Source: Candidatus Omnitrophota bacterium (GTDB lineage Bacteria > Omnitrophota > Gorgyraeia > Gorgyraeales > Gorgyraeaceae). From it: 64,000 nucleotides of DNA. Below, one piece after another: positions 63,664-64,000 of this stretch (positions are counted from its first letter, which is position 1; every line of letters starts with the position of its first letter). The notes below the pieces were generated by a model that had not been told where the DNA came from, made no database searches, and was given only the letters and a program-made list of their open reading frames with translations. The stretch covers positions 7,838-71,837 of the forward strand of contig JBDRJN010000006.1 in assembly GCA_043814965.1 (NCBI GenBank), read 5' to 3'. A program made the translations under genes and the position numbers.

Positions 63664-64000
63664 ATGAGAAGCCTTCTGAACAGGGTGTCATTGATTTTCA
63701 TTACGTGTATATTCTTGGCAAATATATGCATAGGTATGTCCTATGCCCAAAAACAGGATATTGCTGAGAGTTTTGGCCTATGTAGTAAAGGCATAGATGC
63801 GTATTGTGATGGGAATCTGTATGAAGCTAAAAATATTTTAGAGCAGGCGGTTAAACTGGATCCGAGAAATAATGAGGCTCAAGGATATCTAGATCTTGTA
63901 AACGCAGAGATAAAGATGCGTTCAGAAGGAAAACTGGATTTTCATAATAGAGGATCTGATCTCGTAAGAGAAAGGGATCTTTTAAATGGCGAAGAGAAAA
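63664..64000 (+). CDS. Secreted TPR-containing protein (partial, runs off the right edge)
   Basis: ATG at 63664, just after the previous stop; MRSLLNRVSLIFITCIFLANICIGMSYAQ signal, then KGIDAYCDGNLYEAKNILEQAVKLDPRNNEAQGYL TPR; no stop before the edge. Confidence 0.75.
   Translation, partial: MRSLLNRVSLIFITCIFLANICIGMSYAQKQDIAESFGLCSKGIDAYCDGNLYEAKNILEQAVKLDPRNNEAQGYLDLVNAEIKMRSEGKLDFHNRGSDLVRERDLLNGEEK

Noticed and set aside
1-64000. rRNA, tRNA, transposase, integrase or NRPS/PKS modules
   Set aside because: None recognised. Intergenic gaps are under 100 bp, and the giant ORF shows no adenylation, ketosynthase or carrier-protein motifs.

Overview
The window looks bacterial and AT-rich. About 87% of it is one uninterrupted + strand ORF (<3..55586, at least 18,526 aa, open at the left edge). 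It resembles the giant multidomain membrane proteins known from Candidatus Omnitrophota, although the taxonomy is my inference. By motif reading, the N-to-C order is: N-terminal repeats; a Gly-rich hydrophobic block; a SecA-like SF2 ATPase; helical repeats; a CheR-like domain; a clan GH-A (GH2-like) glycoside hydrolase; a membrane-embedded domain with the motif order of fungal/plant FKS (GT48) 1,3-beta-glucan synthases; a JAB/MPN (JAMM) domain; an (alpha/alpha)6 glycosidase-like + TPR-like + CBM-like cassette; two HEAT-repeat blocks; six tandem MoxR/midasin-type AAA+ modules followed by HExxH, an acidic linker and a vWA/MIDAS domain (midasin/Rea1-like layout); a degenerate RelA/SpoT; an M50-like HExxH membrane segment; an intact-looking proline dehydrogenase; a second CheR-like domain; an intact Mesh1/SpoT-type HD hydrolase; and a GNAT. 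Downstream lies a co-oriented cluster: PilZ protein, sugar ABC binding lipoprotein, two permeases, two GH2-like hydrolases, a CBM-like lipoprotein and a partial TPR protein. Several of these are paralogous to modules inside the giant protein. Heptamer repeats and palindromes sit at gene junctions. The best candidate for a new system is a bacterial FKS-like beta-glucan synthesis/remodelling polyprotein fused to a midasin-like AAA ring and a SecA-like motor, next to a PilZ/glucan-uptake operon. All domain calls are by-eye motif matches, reference motifs are recalled from memory, and everything needs HMM or structure confirmation.
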